DNA from: Deltaproteobacteria bacterium
GTDB taxonomy: Bacteria > Desulfobacterota > Dissulfuribacteria > Dissulfuribacterales > UBA3076
Direction of reading: 5' to 3'
Length of the DNA stretch: 32,517 nt
Assembly (NCBI GenBank): GCA_030605675.1
Contig: JAUWHV010000124.1
Coordinates: 1 to 32,517 of the forward strand
The position numbers and the translations under genes are program-made. The notes below the pieces were generated by a model. It did not search any database. It saw nothing but the letters and a program-made list of their open reading frames with translations, and was not told the origin of the DNA. Shown in pieces: positions 1 to 8,476 of this stretch; positions within the stretch are counted from its first letter, which is position 1, and each line of letters starts with the position of its first letter.

Positions 1-267
1 GAACCGAACCGACTGCCAGAATCCAGGATCGCGAAGAAGCCAGTCATAATTCTCAAGACCGAGGAATTTCTTTGGCAGATATGTGACGTCCAGGAAAAAA
101 CTGTCCATCAGTGTGCCCAGGACCGGAATCAGAATGAACAACACCACGAACAGAAGAAGCGGGACCATAAACCCAAAGGCAATCCAACGCTCCCTGTCCA
201 GTGCAGGCATCCGGGCTGGGTTGCCCGGCAGATGGAAAGAGGATTTCTTAAGGCCCTTTGCTTTCAT
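1..267 (-). CDS. Sugar-type ABC transporter permease (MalF/UgpA-like), N-terminal part, runs off the window
   Basis: The minus-strand translation begins MKAKGLKKSSFHLPGNPARMPALDRERWIAFGFMVPLLLFVVLFILIPVLGTLMDSFF, a basic N-terminus followed by a first TM helix. Its ATG (265-267) overlaps the stop of the upstream binding-protein gene (ATGA). Confidence 0.6.
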   Translation of the reverse strand, partial: MKAKGLKKSSFHLPGNPARMPALDRERWIAFGFMVPLLLFVVLFILIPVLGTLMDSFFLDVTYLPKKFLGLENYDWLLRDPGFWQSVRF

Positions 268-1538
268 TTGGTGCCATAGCGCTTCAGGAGGGCTGCAATC
301 TCTTGCTCCGCTACGGCAAGCGCCTCTTCAGGCGCATATTTCCCGGCCAGGACGCCGTTTATGCGCGGCTGGACGATTTCCGATATCTGGGTGTAGTACG
401 GCAGGATGGGTCTTGGCCTAGCGTTTTGAAAAACAGCTCTCAACTGTCTTAAATGCGGCGCTACTTCAAGCACTTCCGGGTCTGAGTAAAGGTCTTTGCG
501 TCCCGGATTCCAGCCGAGATGGAGAACGAGCTTCTTCTGCGTTTCATACGAGGTGATGAATTCTACGAACTTTAGAGCCTGGGGCTTGACATCGGAGAAT
601 TTGGAGATGCCGATATGCCAACCGCCCAGCGTGGAGACGCTCTCACCATCCCGCAGCGCTGGAAGCGGCGCTACTGCGATTTTGCCCCGGACCTCTGATT
701 CCGGGCCTTGATGCAGCGCCCAGGCATACGGCCAGTTACGCTCGAACAAGGCATTGCCTGACTGGAAGTAGGTGCGGGTCTCTTCCTCTTTCATTTCAGT
801 GTAGGTGCTTGGCGGCGAGATGCCGTGCGTCCGGATGAGATCATGCATAAAGGCCAGTGCTCTGCGGTTTTCAAGGGTGTTGAGGCAAATCCGGTCCCCT
901 TGATTGATGAACCCGCCGTTTGAGCCGGCGAATTCCAGGAAGTTACAGATGAGTCCCTCATATTGGGCACCCTGCCAGACAAAACCGTAAAAGTCCGGAT
1001 TGATTTTACGCATCTTGCTTTGAACCGTTCGGGCATAGGAGAGAAGCTGCTCCCAGGTCCTGGGCGGACCGGGAAGGTCGAATTGTTCGAAGAGATCCTT
1101 GCGGTAGTATAAAAGCCCGCCGTCCAGGTAAACGGGCAGCGCCATGAGCTTTTCCTGGTGGATATCGACAAGTTGGAGGACCCTGGCAAAAAAAGGGCTC
1201 TGGTCAATATCGCTTCCAAGCGGCTCCAGCCACCCTGAGGCGGTAAACAACCCAAGCCAGGCTACGTCCAACAAGAACACATCAGGGTTGCTCTTGCCGG
1301 CGCTCAGGGCGACGACCAGCCCCTGCCGCCGCTGGTCTGTGTCGGTGGGCTGGCGCAATAGCTCGACCGGAATTCCGGACTGCTTTTCAAAATCCCGGAT
1401 GAGTTCTTCCCAGAAAGCCAATTCAGCAGGCGCGCCACCTACCGAGAAGACAACCGCATCCTTCTCCGGACCGCAGCAGCATGCGGCCGAAAGGGCAGTA
1501 AGTAGAACGAGCCAGGCGATTCTTTTAGGCATAATCAC
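264..1538 (-). CDS. ABC transporter extracellular solute-binding protein (family 1, sugar type)
   Basis: 424-aa ORF with an N-terminal signal peptide and Cys cluster (LLTALSAACCCG). Sequence resembles maltose/trehalose-type binding proteins throughout (e.g. LLDVAWLGLF, ALFERNWPYAW). Translationally coupled to the permease. Confidence 0.85.
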   Translation of the reverse strand: MIMPKRIAWLVLLTALSAACCCGPEKDAVVFSVGGAPAELAFWEELIRDFEKQSGIPVELLRQPTDTDQRRQGLVVALSAGKSNPDVFLLDVAWLGLFTASGWLEPLGSDIDQSPFFARVLQLVDIHQEKLMALPVYLDGGLLYYRKDLFEQFDLPGPPRTWEQLLSYARTVQSKMRKINPDFYGFVWQGAQYEGLICNFLEFAGSNGGFINQGDRICLNTLENRRALAFMHDLIRTHGISPPSTYTEMKEEETRTYFQSGNALFERNWPYAWALHQGPESEVRGKIAVAPLPALRDGESVSTLGGWHIGISKFSDVKPQALKFVEFITSYETQKKLVLHLGWNPGRKDLYSDPEVLEVAPHLRQLRAVFQNARPRPILPYYTQISEIVQPRINGVLAGKYAPEEALAVAEQEIAALLKRYGTK

Positions 1539-1695
1539 ACCGGGGTTGAGCAGGACATTTCGTAAACTGGTTAGCTAATACCTACGATTAGGGTTTTCAT
1601 GATTATCCTTCGAGCTATAATAACATGCTTGATTACAATGCAAAAATTCTAATCCGGACAAGCCGGAACAAAACAGGTTTGAAGATAAAAAAATG

Positions 1696-1779
1696 ATCGC
1701 GAAAGCACGAAAATACGAAGACACGAAAGCTTGAATGTGGTTTTATTTCGTGATTTAAATCTTTCGTGTTTTCGTGATT
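1696..1779. repeat. Inverted arms of CACGAAA-type short tandem repeats
   Basis: The left arm (1696-1730) carries gcacgaaaa, tacgaag and acacgaaag. The right arm (1745-1778) carries atttcgtga, ctttcgtgt and tttcgtga. acacgaaag and ctttcgtgt are perfect complements. Confidence 0.7.
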
Positions 1780-1861
1780 GTGTTTCAGAATTTTTTCCAA
1801 GAAAAAACACGAATTTTAGAACTAAGGTACTAATAAAGTCGACTGCTTTTGCCAATGCCGT

Positions 1862-2132
1862 GATGGAAGAATATATGATGGAAGAATACATAAAGGTCGC
1901 TGCCATTGAAAATGGGATTGAAGCCCAGCTGTTGGGATTTATACTAACTGAGCGGAATATCCCTCATCGGATGAGATCGTATTATGACACAGCATACGAT
2001 GGTCTTTTCCAGGTTCAGAAAGGGTGGGGTTTTGTCTATGCCCCGGAATCCTTCAAAGACGAGATAAGGGAGATAATCTCTGACTTGAGAAAATATCAGG
2101 CTTCTATCGAAGATGCTCCGGAATCTGCTTGA
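1862..2132 (+). CDS. Small hypothetical protein, possibly DUF2007-like
   Basis: The ORF track begins at 1731 inside the repeat tract. The first ATG after the repeats is 1862 (MEEYMMEEYIKVAAIENGIEAQLLGFIL...). The family assignment is pattern resemblance only. Confidence 0.45.
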
Positions 2133-2177
2133 TCTCGGTAAATCGAAGGAAGCCCGTCTCCGTCATGAGACTCCTTT

Positions 2178-3026
2178 TCAAGGGAATGAAACAGTGGGTC
2201 CCCATTCCCCTTTGATCTTGTTGATTGTCCGGGGATCTGCCCTGAATGGTATGTCCGGAGCTTCCGGAACAGGTAAGCGGTGACTTTGAGAAAATGGCGT
2301 TTTCTGTAAATTCAAATTGTAGGCAAGGACCATCAGAAATTCCAGATTGACTGTATCCATAATATTATAGGCAAGTAACGTTTCCAGGGCATTCCGGCTG
2401 TTGGTTCTTTTGAACTCTTCCCAGAGCAGAACGGCGAAATAACCGTCAACCCCATCAAGTTCCCCTCTGTGTAATCCCAATTGTCTCTCACATCCCTTCA
2501 GCCCTCCTGAGTATCCGAGTCTTTTCAAGACATATCGCAGATCAATATGGACCTGCTCGATTTTAATCCCCAGATAGCTTTCAATAAACGGGATATCAAA
2601 ACATTTCCCATTATAAGTCACAATGACCTGGTAATTCTGTATATTCTCTCTGAATGCCTCGAGGTTGTCACCCTGGACATAATGAAAAATGGACTTGCCG
2701 TCATACAAGGCAATGGTCGTGATGGAGTCTCCCCATTTATCCAGTCCGGTTGTCTCTATATCCAAAAATGCAGTGGAGTGACGAAAATGCGGAAATAGCC
2801 GCCAATGTTGATCCGGGGCCAGTAAGCCGGCAAAATATTCCGGCTGATAAGCCAGATGCTTTTGGGACAAATCTATGTGATTTTTGATTGATGCTATCTT
2901 TTCGGACGATAACTTAACTGGATAGGGTTCAACAAAATCATCCCAGGAACGTAAACCGGATTCCCAGAGGCGCTTTTCTGTTATCAAGCCTATACCGGGA
3001 ATATGAGAAAATGTATTTGTGAGCAT
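2178..3026 (-). CDS. RNase H-like (YprB/COG3359-type) predicted exonuclease with N-terminal helix-hairpin-helix
   Basis: 282 aa with an IPGIGLITEKRL HhH motif. Exonuclease-like acidic motifs follow: FLDIETTGL, VTYNGKCFDIPF and LAYNIMDT. Confidence 0.7.
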   Translation of the reverse strand: MLTNTFSHIPGIGLITEKRLWESGLRSWDDFVEPYPVKLSSEKIASIKNHIDLSQKHLAYQPEYFAGLLAPDQHWRLFPHFRHSTAFLDIETTGLDKWGDSITTIALYDGKSIFHYVQGDNLEAFRENIQNYQVIVTYNGKCFDIPFIESYLGIKIEQVHIDLRYVLKRLGYSGGLKGCERQLGLHRGELDGVDGYFAVLLWEEFKRTNSRNALETLLAYNIMDTVNLEFLMVLAYNLNLQKTPFSQSHRLPVPEAPDIPFRADPRTINKIKGEWGPTVSFP

Positions 3027-3071
3027 GTAGACTTATATCATAAACGCAAAAGCAAAATATAGTTATGATTT

Positions 3072-3276
3072 AGCATCCTTCATGGCAAGCCAAAAGTAGT
3101 TTACACTTTGTTCATCCTGTACTTTGGTAGTGAAATTTGAAATTAGAAACTTGAAATTAGAGCTGATTAATCCAGTTTTTATCCAATTTCCAATTTCCAG
3201 TTTCGGCATCCAGCATTCGATTTTATAATACACCCTTTTTGGGAATAAGTATAAACCGGCGAATGAAGGATGCCTA
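3072..3276. mobile_element. MITE-like non-coding element: inverted GCATCCTTCA boxes enclosing a GAAATT tandem-repeat hairpin
   Basis: Left box at 3072-3110, and an inverted diverged box at 3248-3276 (rc aggcatccttcattcgccggtttatactt). The repeat arms lie at 3131-3162 and 3181-3204. There is no ORF inside. Confidence 0.5.
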
Positions 3277-3352
3277 TGATTTTTTACTTTTGTTCAGTAA
3301 AATAGGGAGTACCTTGAAAATTTTAAAATAAAGAAATTTTGGAGGACACAAA

Positions 3353-4183
3353 ATGCAGAACTCTTTTTTGCAGAACACAACACATGCTTCGTGCCGGAAT
3401 TCCCCCTTGGAGAGAGAATCCATCCGACATCGATCTCGAAACGCGTATCGTGCAATAATCGTACTTTTACTTAGCCTGCTTGTCCTTGCCGGTTGCGCAA
3501 GTTACGGACATCGTGTTTCCCCTGTTCCCCTGCCTGGGGCTCAACCTGAACATGTGACGGTGGATGGGGTCGAAATGCTGGCCGTTGCGTTCCCGGATGC
3601 AAAGACCGCAGAGGATCGGTTTGGCTTTGACGTGCGAGGATCAGGGCTTTTGCCGGTCCAATTAGTCATTGATAATCAAGGTACACAGAAGGTGAGTATT
3701 AATTCCGGGCAGACATTCCTGATTGATCAAAGCGGCCAGGCCTGGCCTATTCTTTCAGCAGAGGAAGCCTATCAACGGGTGAAGGGACATGTGGAAATGG
3801 GCGAAACGGCAAAAGGCACTGTAAAACCCGCTGTTTTACTCGGGGCTGCAGGTGCCCTGGCAGGTTTTGCCGTCGGCATCCTTACAGGGGAAAATATCGG
3901 TGAAAGCGTGGGCAAAGGCGCTGTCCTTGGAGGTACGGTCGGGGCGCTGGCAGGTGGGACAGCAGCCTATGCCACTGCCCCGGAAAAAATCAGGACCGAC
4001 CTGGCACAGAGGACGCTGCGCAACCGGCCTGTCGAACCCGGACAACTGGCCCATGGATTTCTTTTCTTTCCTGGACTCAAAGAGGCCACATCTGCGCAAC
4101 AGCTCCGTTTGGCCGTTACCATCGGTGAAGAACCACACGTCCTGAATTTGCTCCTGGCAAATTCCCGTGTGCCGGAACTTTGA
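3353..4183 (+). CDS. Hypothetical lipoprotein with a glycine-zipper segment
   Basis: 276-aa ORF with a lipobox-like LLVLAGC after a hydrophobic stretch. It has a Gly/Ala-rich segment (LLGAAGALAGFAVGILTG...VLGGTVGALAGG). The exact start is uncertain. Confidence 0.6.
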   Translation: MQNSFLQNTTHASCRNSPLERESIRHRSRNAYRAIIVLLLSLLVLAGCASYGHRVSPVPLPGAQPEHVTVDGVEMLAVAFPDAKTAEDRFGFDVRGSGLLPVQLVIDNQGTQKVSINSGQTFLIDQSGQAWPILSAEEAYQRVKGHVEMGETAKGTVKPAVLLGAAGALAGFAVGILTGENIGESVGKGAVLGGTVGALAGGTAAYATAPEKIRTDLAQRTLRNRPVEPGQLAHGFLFFPGLKEATSAQQLRLAVTIGEEPHVLNLLLANSRVPEL

Positions 4184-4193
4184 GGTTTTGGGT

Positions 4194-5909
4194 ATGAATC
4201 CGACTTTAGATAAGATCATTCGTTATGGGCGAGGGGAGAAAACAGCAGACCTGTTGCTCAAGAACGGCAAGGTGGTCAATGTCTTCACCGGTGAAATACT
4301 CCGGGCCGACGTGGCCGTAGCTGAAGGAATCATCATAGGTGTTGGTGAAGGATACGAAGCAATTAAGGTCGTAGATCTTTCCGGTCAATATGTCTGCCCT
4401 GGCTTTATTGACGGCCACATTCATATCGAGAGCACAATGCTCTCACCTTATCAGTTCGCCAGAGCCGTGGTTCCCAGAGGCACGACTGCCGTTGTCTGTG
4501 ATCCCCACGAAATCGCGAATGTTCTGGGGCTTGAAGGTATTCGCTATATGCTTGAGGCCAGCGAAAAGCTGCCCCTTACAGTTTTTGTGATGGCATCTTC
4601 CTGTGTTCCTGCCACCCATCTGGAGACAGCAGGAGCAACACTCTCCGCCCAGGACCTGGCGCCTCTTTTTGACCATCCACGGGTATTAGGCCTGGCAGAG
4701 ATGATGAATTTCCCGGGCGTGCTCCACCGCCTACCGGATGTTCTGGCCAAGCTGGAAATTGCAGCTCAGCGAGGCCTGCCCATTGATGGACACTGTCCGG
4801 GGCTCACCGGCCGTGATCTACAGGCATACATAGCTTCCGGCATTAGCTCGGACCACGAATGTACCCGGCTTGAAGAGGCATTGGAAAAACTTCGCGCAGG
4901 GATGTATCTTTTTATCCGCGAGGGAACCACTGCGCACAACCTGGCTGAACTATTGCCGGTGGTTACGGCTGATAACGCCCGCCGATGTCTCCTTGTGACA
5001 GATGACAGGCATCCAAAAGATTTGATGGACCTCGGCCACATGGACTATTCTGTCCGTCTGGCAGTGCAGGAGGGATTGAATCCCGTTACTGCCATTCAGA
5101 TGGTAACCCTGAACCCGGCGGAACGATTCCGCCTTTATGACAGAGGCGCCGTGGCCCCTGGATACCGTGCCGATCTGGTGATCCTGAATGACTTGAAGGA
5201 CTTCTCTGTGGAAAAGGTCTTCAGCAGGGGTCGCCTGGTGGCTGAAAACAACATCCCTTTATTTGATGAACCGCAAAAGACATACGATATTTCCTCTTCT
5301 GTAAGTATAGTTTCAGAGGGCCTAAGCTTCGAGATCCCGGTCCAGGGAGAGCGGGTCCGCACCATCGGTGTGGTTGAAGGGCAGATCGTAACAGAGGCAT
5401 TGGAACTGCCTGTAAAACATAGAAACGGTCTTGCCGTGGCCGACGTGGATCGAGATATCCTCAAACTGGCGGTTATCGAAAGACATCACGCTACAGGCAA
5501 CATAGGTCTGGGTTTTGTTAAGGGCATAGGCCTGAAAAAGGGCGCTCTGGCCGGCACAGTAGCCCATGACTCTCACAATCTCATAGTAGTCGGCACAAAC
5601 GATGCGGACATGACTGCTGCTGCCCATGCGGTAATCAATGCAGGTGGCGGATTTGCGGCAATTGCTGACAAACAGTTGCTGGCAAGAATGTCCTTGCCGA
5701 TTGCAGGCCTCATGTCAGAGGCCCCATTTGAGATTGTGCGCAAAGAGATGGATGAACTTCTGTCAGCAGCCTCCGACCTGGGGAGTCCTTTGGAAAATCC
5801 CTTTATGACCCTGAGCTTTTTGGCCTTGCCTGTTATTCCTGCGTTGAAACTTACTGACCTCGGTCTGGTGGATGTAAATAAATTCGCATTTGTGTCGTTG
5901 TTCGTATAG
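4194..5909 (+). CDS. ade: Adenine deaminase
   Basis: About 571 aa. It carries an amidohydrolase metal motif (GFIDGHIHIESTML) and resembles Ade along its whole length. I prefer the ATG at 4194 (MNPTLDKII) to the 4167 start, which overlaps the upstream gene. Confidence 0.85.
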   Translation: MNPTLDKIIRYGRGEKTADLLLKNGKVVNVFTGEILRADVAVAEGIIIGVGEGYEAIKVVDLSGQYVCPGFIDGHIHIESTMLSPYQFARAVVPRGTTAVVCDPHEIANVLGLEGIRYMLEASEKLPLTVFVMASSCVPATHLETAGATLSAQDLAPLFDHPRVLGLAEMMNFPGVLHRLPDVLAKLEIAAQRGLPIDGHCPGLTGRDLQAYIASGISSDHECTRLEEALEKLRAGMYLFIREGTTAHNLAELLPVVTADNARRCLLVTDDRHPKDLMDLGHMDYSVRLAVQEGLNPVTAIQMVTLNPAERFRLYDRGAVAPGYRADLVILNDLKDFSVEKVFSRGRLVAENNIPLFDEPQKTYDISSSVSIVSEGLSFEIPVQGERVRTIGVVEGQIVTEALELPVKHRNGLAVADVDRDILKLAVIERHHATGNIGLGFVKGIGLKKGALAGTVAHDSHNLIVVGTNDADMTAAAHAVINAGGGFAAIADKQLLARMSLPIAGLMSEAPFEIVRKEMDELLSAASDLGSPLENPFMTLSFLALPVIPALKLTDLGLVDVNKFAFVSLFV

Positions 5910-6015
5910 CTGTGAAGCATGGTCCTTGACATGCTATGGCTATGACACTATTTTTATTAAAATTATGAGAGCCTCATAATAGATGTATTATTCTTTTACA
6001 TAGATCTGAGAGATT

Positions 6016-6534
6016 ATGCAGACAAGGTACTTCCATGCTGACCATGTCAAGATCCTGGACGAAGCGATATCTATCTCAGAGGATATAATAAGCGATTACT
6101 TTTCTATCTCCAGCGACCACTGGGTCAGGAATCCCTATGAAGTCAGGACCCTCAGGGAAGTTAGTCCATGGGAATACCCTGGCGAGGCCTTTGCACATCT
6201 TGTCCGTTATGGAAAAAACATAACGCAGAAACAAAGTGGCCGGGACAGCCGGAAGTTTTACAGGATTTGCCTTCATGATCACAATATCCTGGATCAGACA
6301 TCCGGTGGGAAGAGAGAGAGACTATTTCCTTTTTTAGTATATGTGATTACCCATGAATTTGTTCACATAATGAGGTTCAGTCGTTATTTTTGTCACCCTG
6401 AATTTGATGACCGTAATGAGGAAGAACAGAAGGTCCATCTGGCGACCCAGGACATATTGACACCTGTAAGAGTCAGGGGTCTGGATGCAGTCCTTGATCG
6501 ATTTCTTCCACATTCACAGTTGAATAAAAATTGA
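6016..6534 (+). CDS. Hypothetical protein with an HExxH motif
   Basis: 172-aa ORF containing VITHEFVHIMRF. I recognise no family. Confidence 0.5.
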   Translation: MQTRYFHADHVKILDEAISISEDIISDYFSISSDHWVRNPYEVRTLREVSPWEYPGEAFAHLVRYGKNITQKQSGRDSRKFYRICLHDHNILDQTSGGKRERLFPFLVYVITHEFVHIMRFSRYFCHPEFDDRNEEEQKVHLATQDILTPVRVRGLDAVLDRFLPHSQLNKN

Positions 6535-6607
6535 ATATCGATTATATGCCAATCTGATGCTTCGGCTTAAGCAGGGCATCTGACGTAGAATTATTGGAGG
6601 TTAGTTT

Positions 6608-6904
6608 ATGCCTATTTATGAGTATGAGTGCGAATCTTGTGGAGAAGTTATAGAGAACTGGCAGAAGTTTTCTGATGCCCCACTTAGTACATGCGAATCC
6701 TGTGGCGGCAATCTGCACAAACTTATTTCCCATTCCTCATTTCATTTGAAGGGGAGTGGCTGGTATGTAACCGATTATGCCGGGAAAAAGACCGGAATTG
6801 CGGATACAAAAAAGTCCGAGTCAAGCCCTGACAAAAAAAGCAAAAAGGACACAGGTTCTTCTTCAGACTCACCGTCCAGCAGTTCCTCCGACACTACTTC
6901 CTAA
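6608..6904 (+). CDS. FmdB-family zinc-ribbon protein with a Ser/Lys-rich tail
   Basis: MPIYEYECESCG...CESCGG is the characteristic paired-CxxC zinc ribbon. A GGAGG Shine-Dalgarno lies upstream. Confidence 0.8.
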   Translation: MPIYEYECESCGEVIENWQKFSDAPLSTCESCGGNLHKLISHSSFHLKGSGWYVTDYAGKKTGIADTKKSESSPDKKSKKDTGSSSDSPSSSSSDTTS

Positions 6905-6927
6905 TCAATCTTTATAAGGGACATATG

Positions 6928-6958
6928 AGGTGGCGGCCCAGGGCCGCCACCTTTTTTA
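6928..6958 (+). terminator. Rho-independent terminator after the zinc-ribbon gene
   Basis: A GC-rich perfect stem (aggtggcggcc / ggccgccacct) is followed by a T-run (tttttt). Confidence 0.75.
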
Positions 6959-7020
6959 TTTCCGCGCCTTGCCCTCGAACAAAATCTTGAGTCTTGTAAA
7001 TGATTCTAATTGTGATATAG

Positions 7021-7055
7021 CCGCAAAAAGGCACAAAATACGCAAAAATAAAAAG
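7021..7055. repeat. CRCAAAA-type short repeat tract
   Basis: The tract reads ccgcaaaaaggcacaaaatacgcaaaaataaaaagc. It resembles the 1703-1730 tract (gcacgaaaatacgaagacacgaaagc). Confidence 0.4.
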
Positions 7056-7211
7056 CAGCTCTCAGTAATGTTAGGTGATTATAATCATTAACAATTCGAC
7101 ATTCGATTTTTTATGAGATTAAAAGAAAATAACCATGAACCTGTGAACGCCTACGATGTTTTTTTGTCATGGTTCTGTTATTATTGACCGAATATAAGAA
7201 TAAGAAGAGGT

Positions 7212-7354
7212 AGGCATCCTTCATTTTGTAGTTTACACTTTTTCAACATAGACGGATACCACCATTAGCTGTTAGCTGTTAGCTATTAGGTAAAAACTTT
7301 GTATAAAAACGGACTGTTAAGCTAAAAGCTAACGGCTAAAAGCTAATAGCTAAT
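7212..7354. repeat. Conserved box plus inverted TTAGCTG / GCTAA tandem-repeat arms
   Basis: The box aggcatccttcattttgtagtttacacttttt lies at 7212-7243. The left arm (7264-7289) is attagctgttagctgttagctattag. The right arm (7318-7354) is its imperfect complement, with 22 of 26 positions pairing. Confidence 0.6.
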
Positions 7355-7383
7355 CGCACGGGTCATATTTTTTGAGGTGTGCC

Positions 7384-8244
7384 ATGAAATGTTCGTGGCT
7401 GTCGATATCAGCCGTTTTTAGAGATGGAAACGATTCAGAACCTGCACGTACGTGCCGGTACCAGCGGTTTTTGAAGTTTCATAATAAAATCGGCTTTAGT
7501 GCCTTTTTTCTTGTTTTTTCCCTCTTTTTTTATTTATCAGGTTGTGGGCATCGGCATATACCACCACCATCAACAACAAAGATACCTGTTCGGGAATTGC
7601 CTGCAACCCAGCGTCCCTACGAGGTGAATGGACACGTTTACTATCCCTTGCCGTCTGCCGAAGGTTTTGTGGAGGAAGGGTATGCATCCTGGTATGGAAA
7701 GAAATTTCATGGAAGGCCGACCGCCAGTGGTGAGCCATATGATATGTATGCTATAACTGCCGCCCATCGTACACTACCCATGAATACTTATGTAAGGGTC
7801 CTCAATCTTGAAAATGGGCGGGAAGTCGTAGCCAGAATCAGTGATCGCGGGCCTTTTGCCAAGAAGAGGATTATAGATCTCAGCTATGGAGCAGCCGGGA
7901 AGGTGGGGTTGATCGGGCCGGGGACGGCAAAGGTGAGGATAGAGGCCTTGGGAGAGGTCCGACTTGGAGTTGGAAGTCCCGCCGCATTTAAGCCACATCC
8001 TGATTTCAGAAGAGGAAAATTCTATATACAGGTAGGGGCCTTTCTGGAATCGGACAATGCCTATGCCCTGAGGCGAAAAATGATCAGATATTATAAGGAT
8101 GTGGTTGTTTCTCGCCAACCAGGAGGAGATCAGACCCTTTACAGGGTGCAGGTATTTGCATCCACTGAGTATAATACAGCCAAGAATTTTGAAGCCCGGC
8201 TTGAAAGCTCAGGTTTCCCAGAGGCCTTTATGGTTGCGAGATGA
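7384..8244 (+). CDS. rlpA: Septal-ring lytic transglycosylase RlpA family protein with a C-terminal SPOR domain
   Basis: A DPBB domain (GYASWYGKKFHGRPTASGEPYDMYAITAAHRTLPMNTYVRVLNLENGREVVARISDRGPF) is followed by a SPOR-like C-terminus (FYIQVGAF...). The lipobox YLSGC falls about 50 aa in, so the real start may be the TTG at 7471. Confidence 0.85.
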   Translation: MKCSWLSISAVFRDGNDSEPARTCRYQRFLKFHNKIGFSAFFLVFSLFFYLSGCGHRHIPPPSTTKIPVRELPATQRPYEVNGHVYYPLPSAEGFVEEGYASWYGKKFHGRPTASGEPYDMYAITAAHRTLPMNTYVRVLNLENGREVVARISDRGPFAKKRIIDLSYGAAGKVGLIGPGTAKVRIEALGEVRLGVGSPAAFKPHPDFRRGKFYIQVGAFLESDNAYALRRKMIRYYKDVVVSRQPGGDQTLYRVQVFASTEYNTAKNFEARLESSGFPEAFMVAR

Positions 8245-8305
8245 TGCGGAGAGGCCTGTATCTTGCTTGACAGGTATTTCTGTGGGCCGTAATTTAATAC
8301 TGATA

Positions 8306-8418
8306 ATTGAGGGATTGAGGGATTGAGGGATTGAATGTACTGTAATGATTATAAATTAGGAATTGCAAATTGAGAGATTGAAAATATTCATCGATTTAAA
8401 TTCCTCAATTCCTAAATC
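8306..8418. repeat. GAGGGATT x3 tandem octamers with degenerate copies and an inverted arm
   Basis: Three perfect GAGGGATT units at 8309-8332. Degenerate same-sense units follow at 8355-8386. The complementary arm aaattcctcaattcctaaatc is at 8398-8418. Confidence 0.6.
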
Positions 8419-8476
8419 TATTAGTAATAATTAAAGTATGATATTGCCGGAGGTATTATTCTTGAGGAAAAAAATT

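Noticed and set aside
1649-1906. 85-aa minus-strand ORF, plus the 1731-1861 extension of the plus-strand ORF
   Set aside because: Both run through the CACGAAA repeat hairpin and give low-complexity translations (FVF..., RKHERFKSRNK). They are most likely artefacts of the repeats.
4167-4193. ORF-track start at 4167 for adenine deaminase
   Set aside because: It overlaps the end of the upstream lipoprotein gene. Ade homology begins at MNPTLDKII (4194).
8245-8476. Sigma-54 (GG-N10-GC) promoter upstream of the gsp operon
   Set aside because: I found no TGGCAC-N5-TTGC-like match with correct spacing. The TTGCA at about 8363 lacks a properly spaced GG element.
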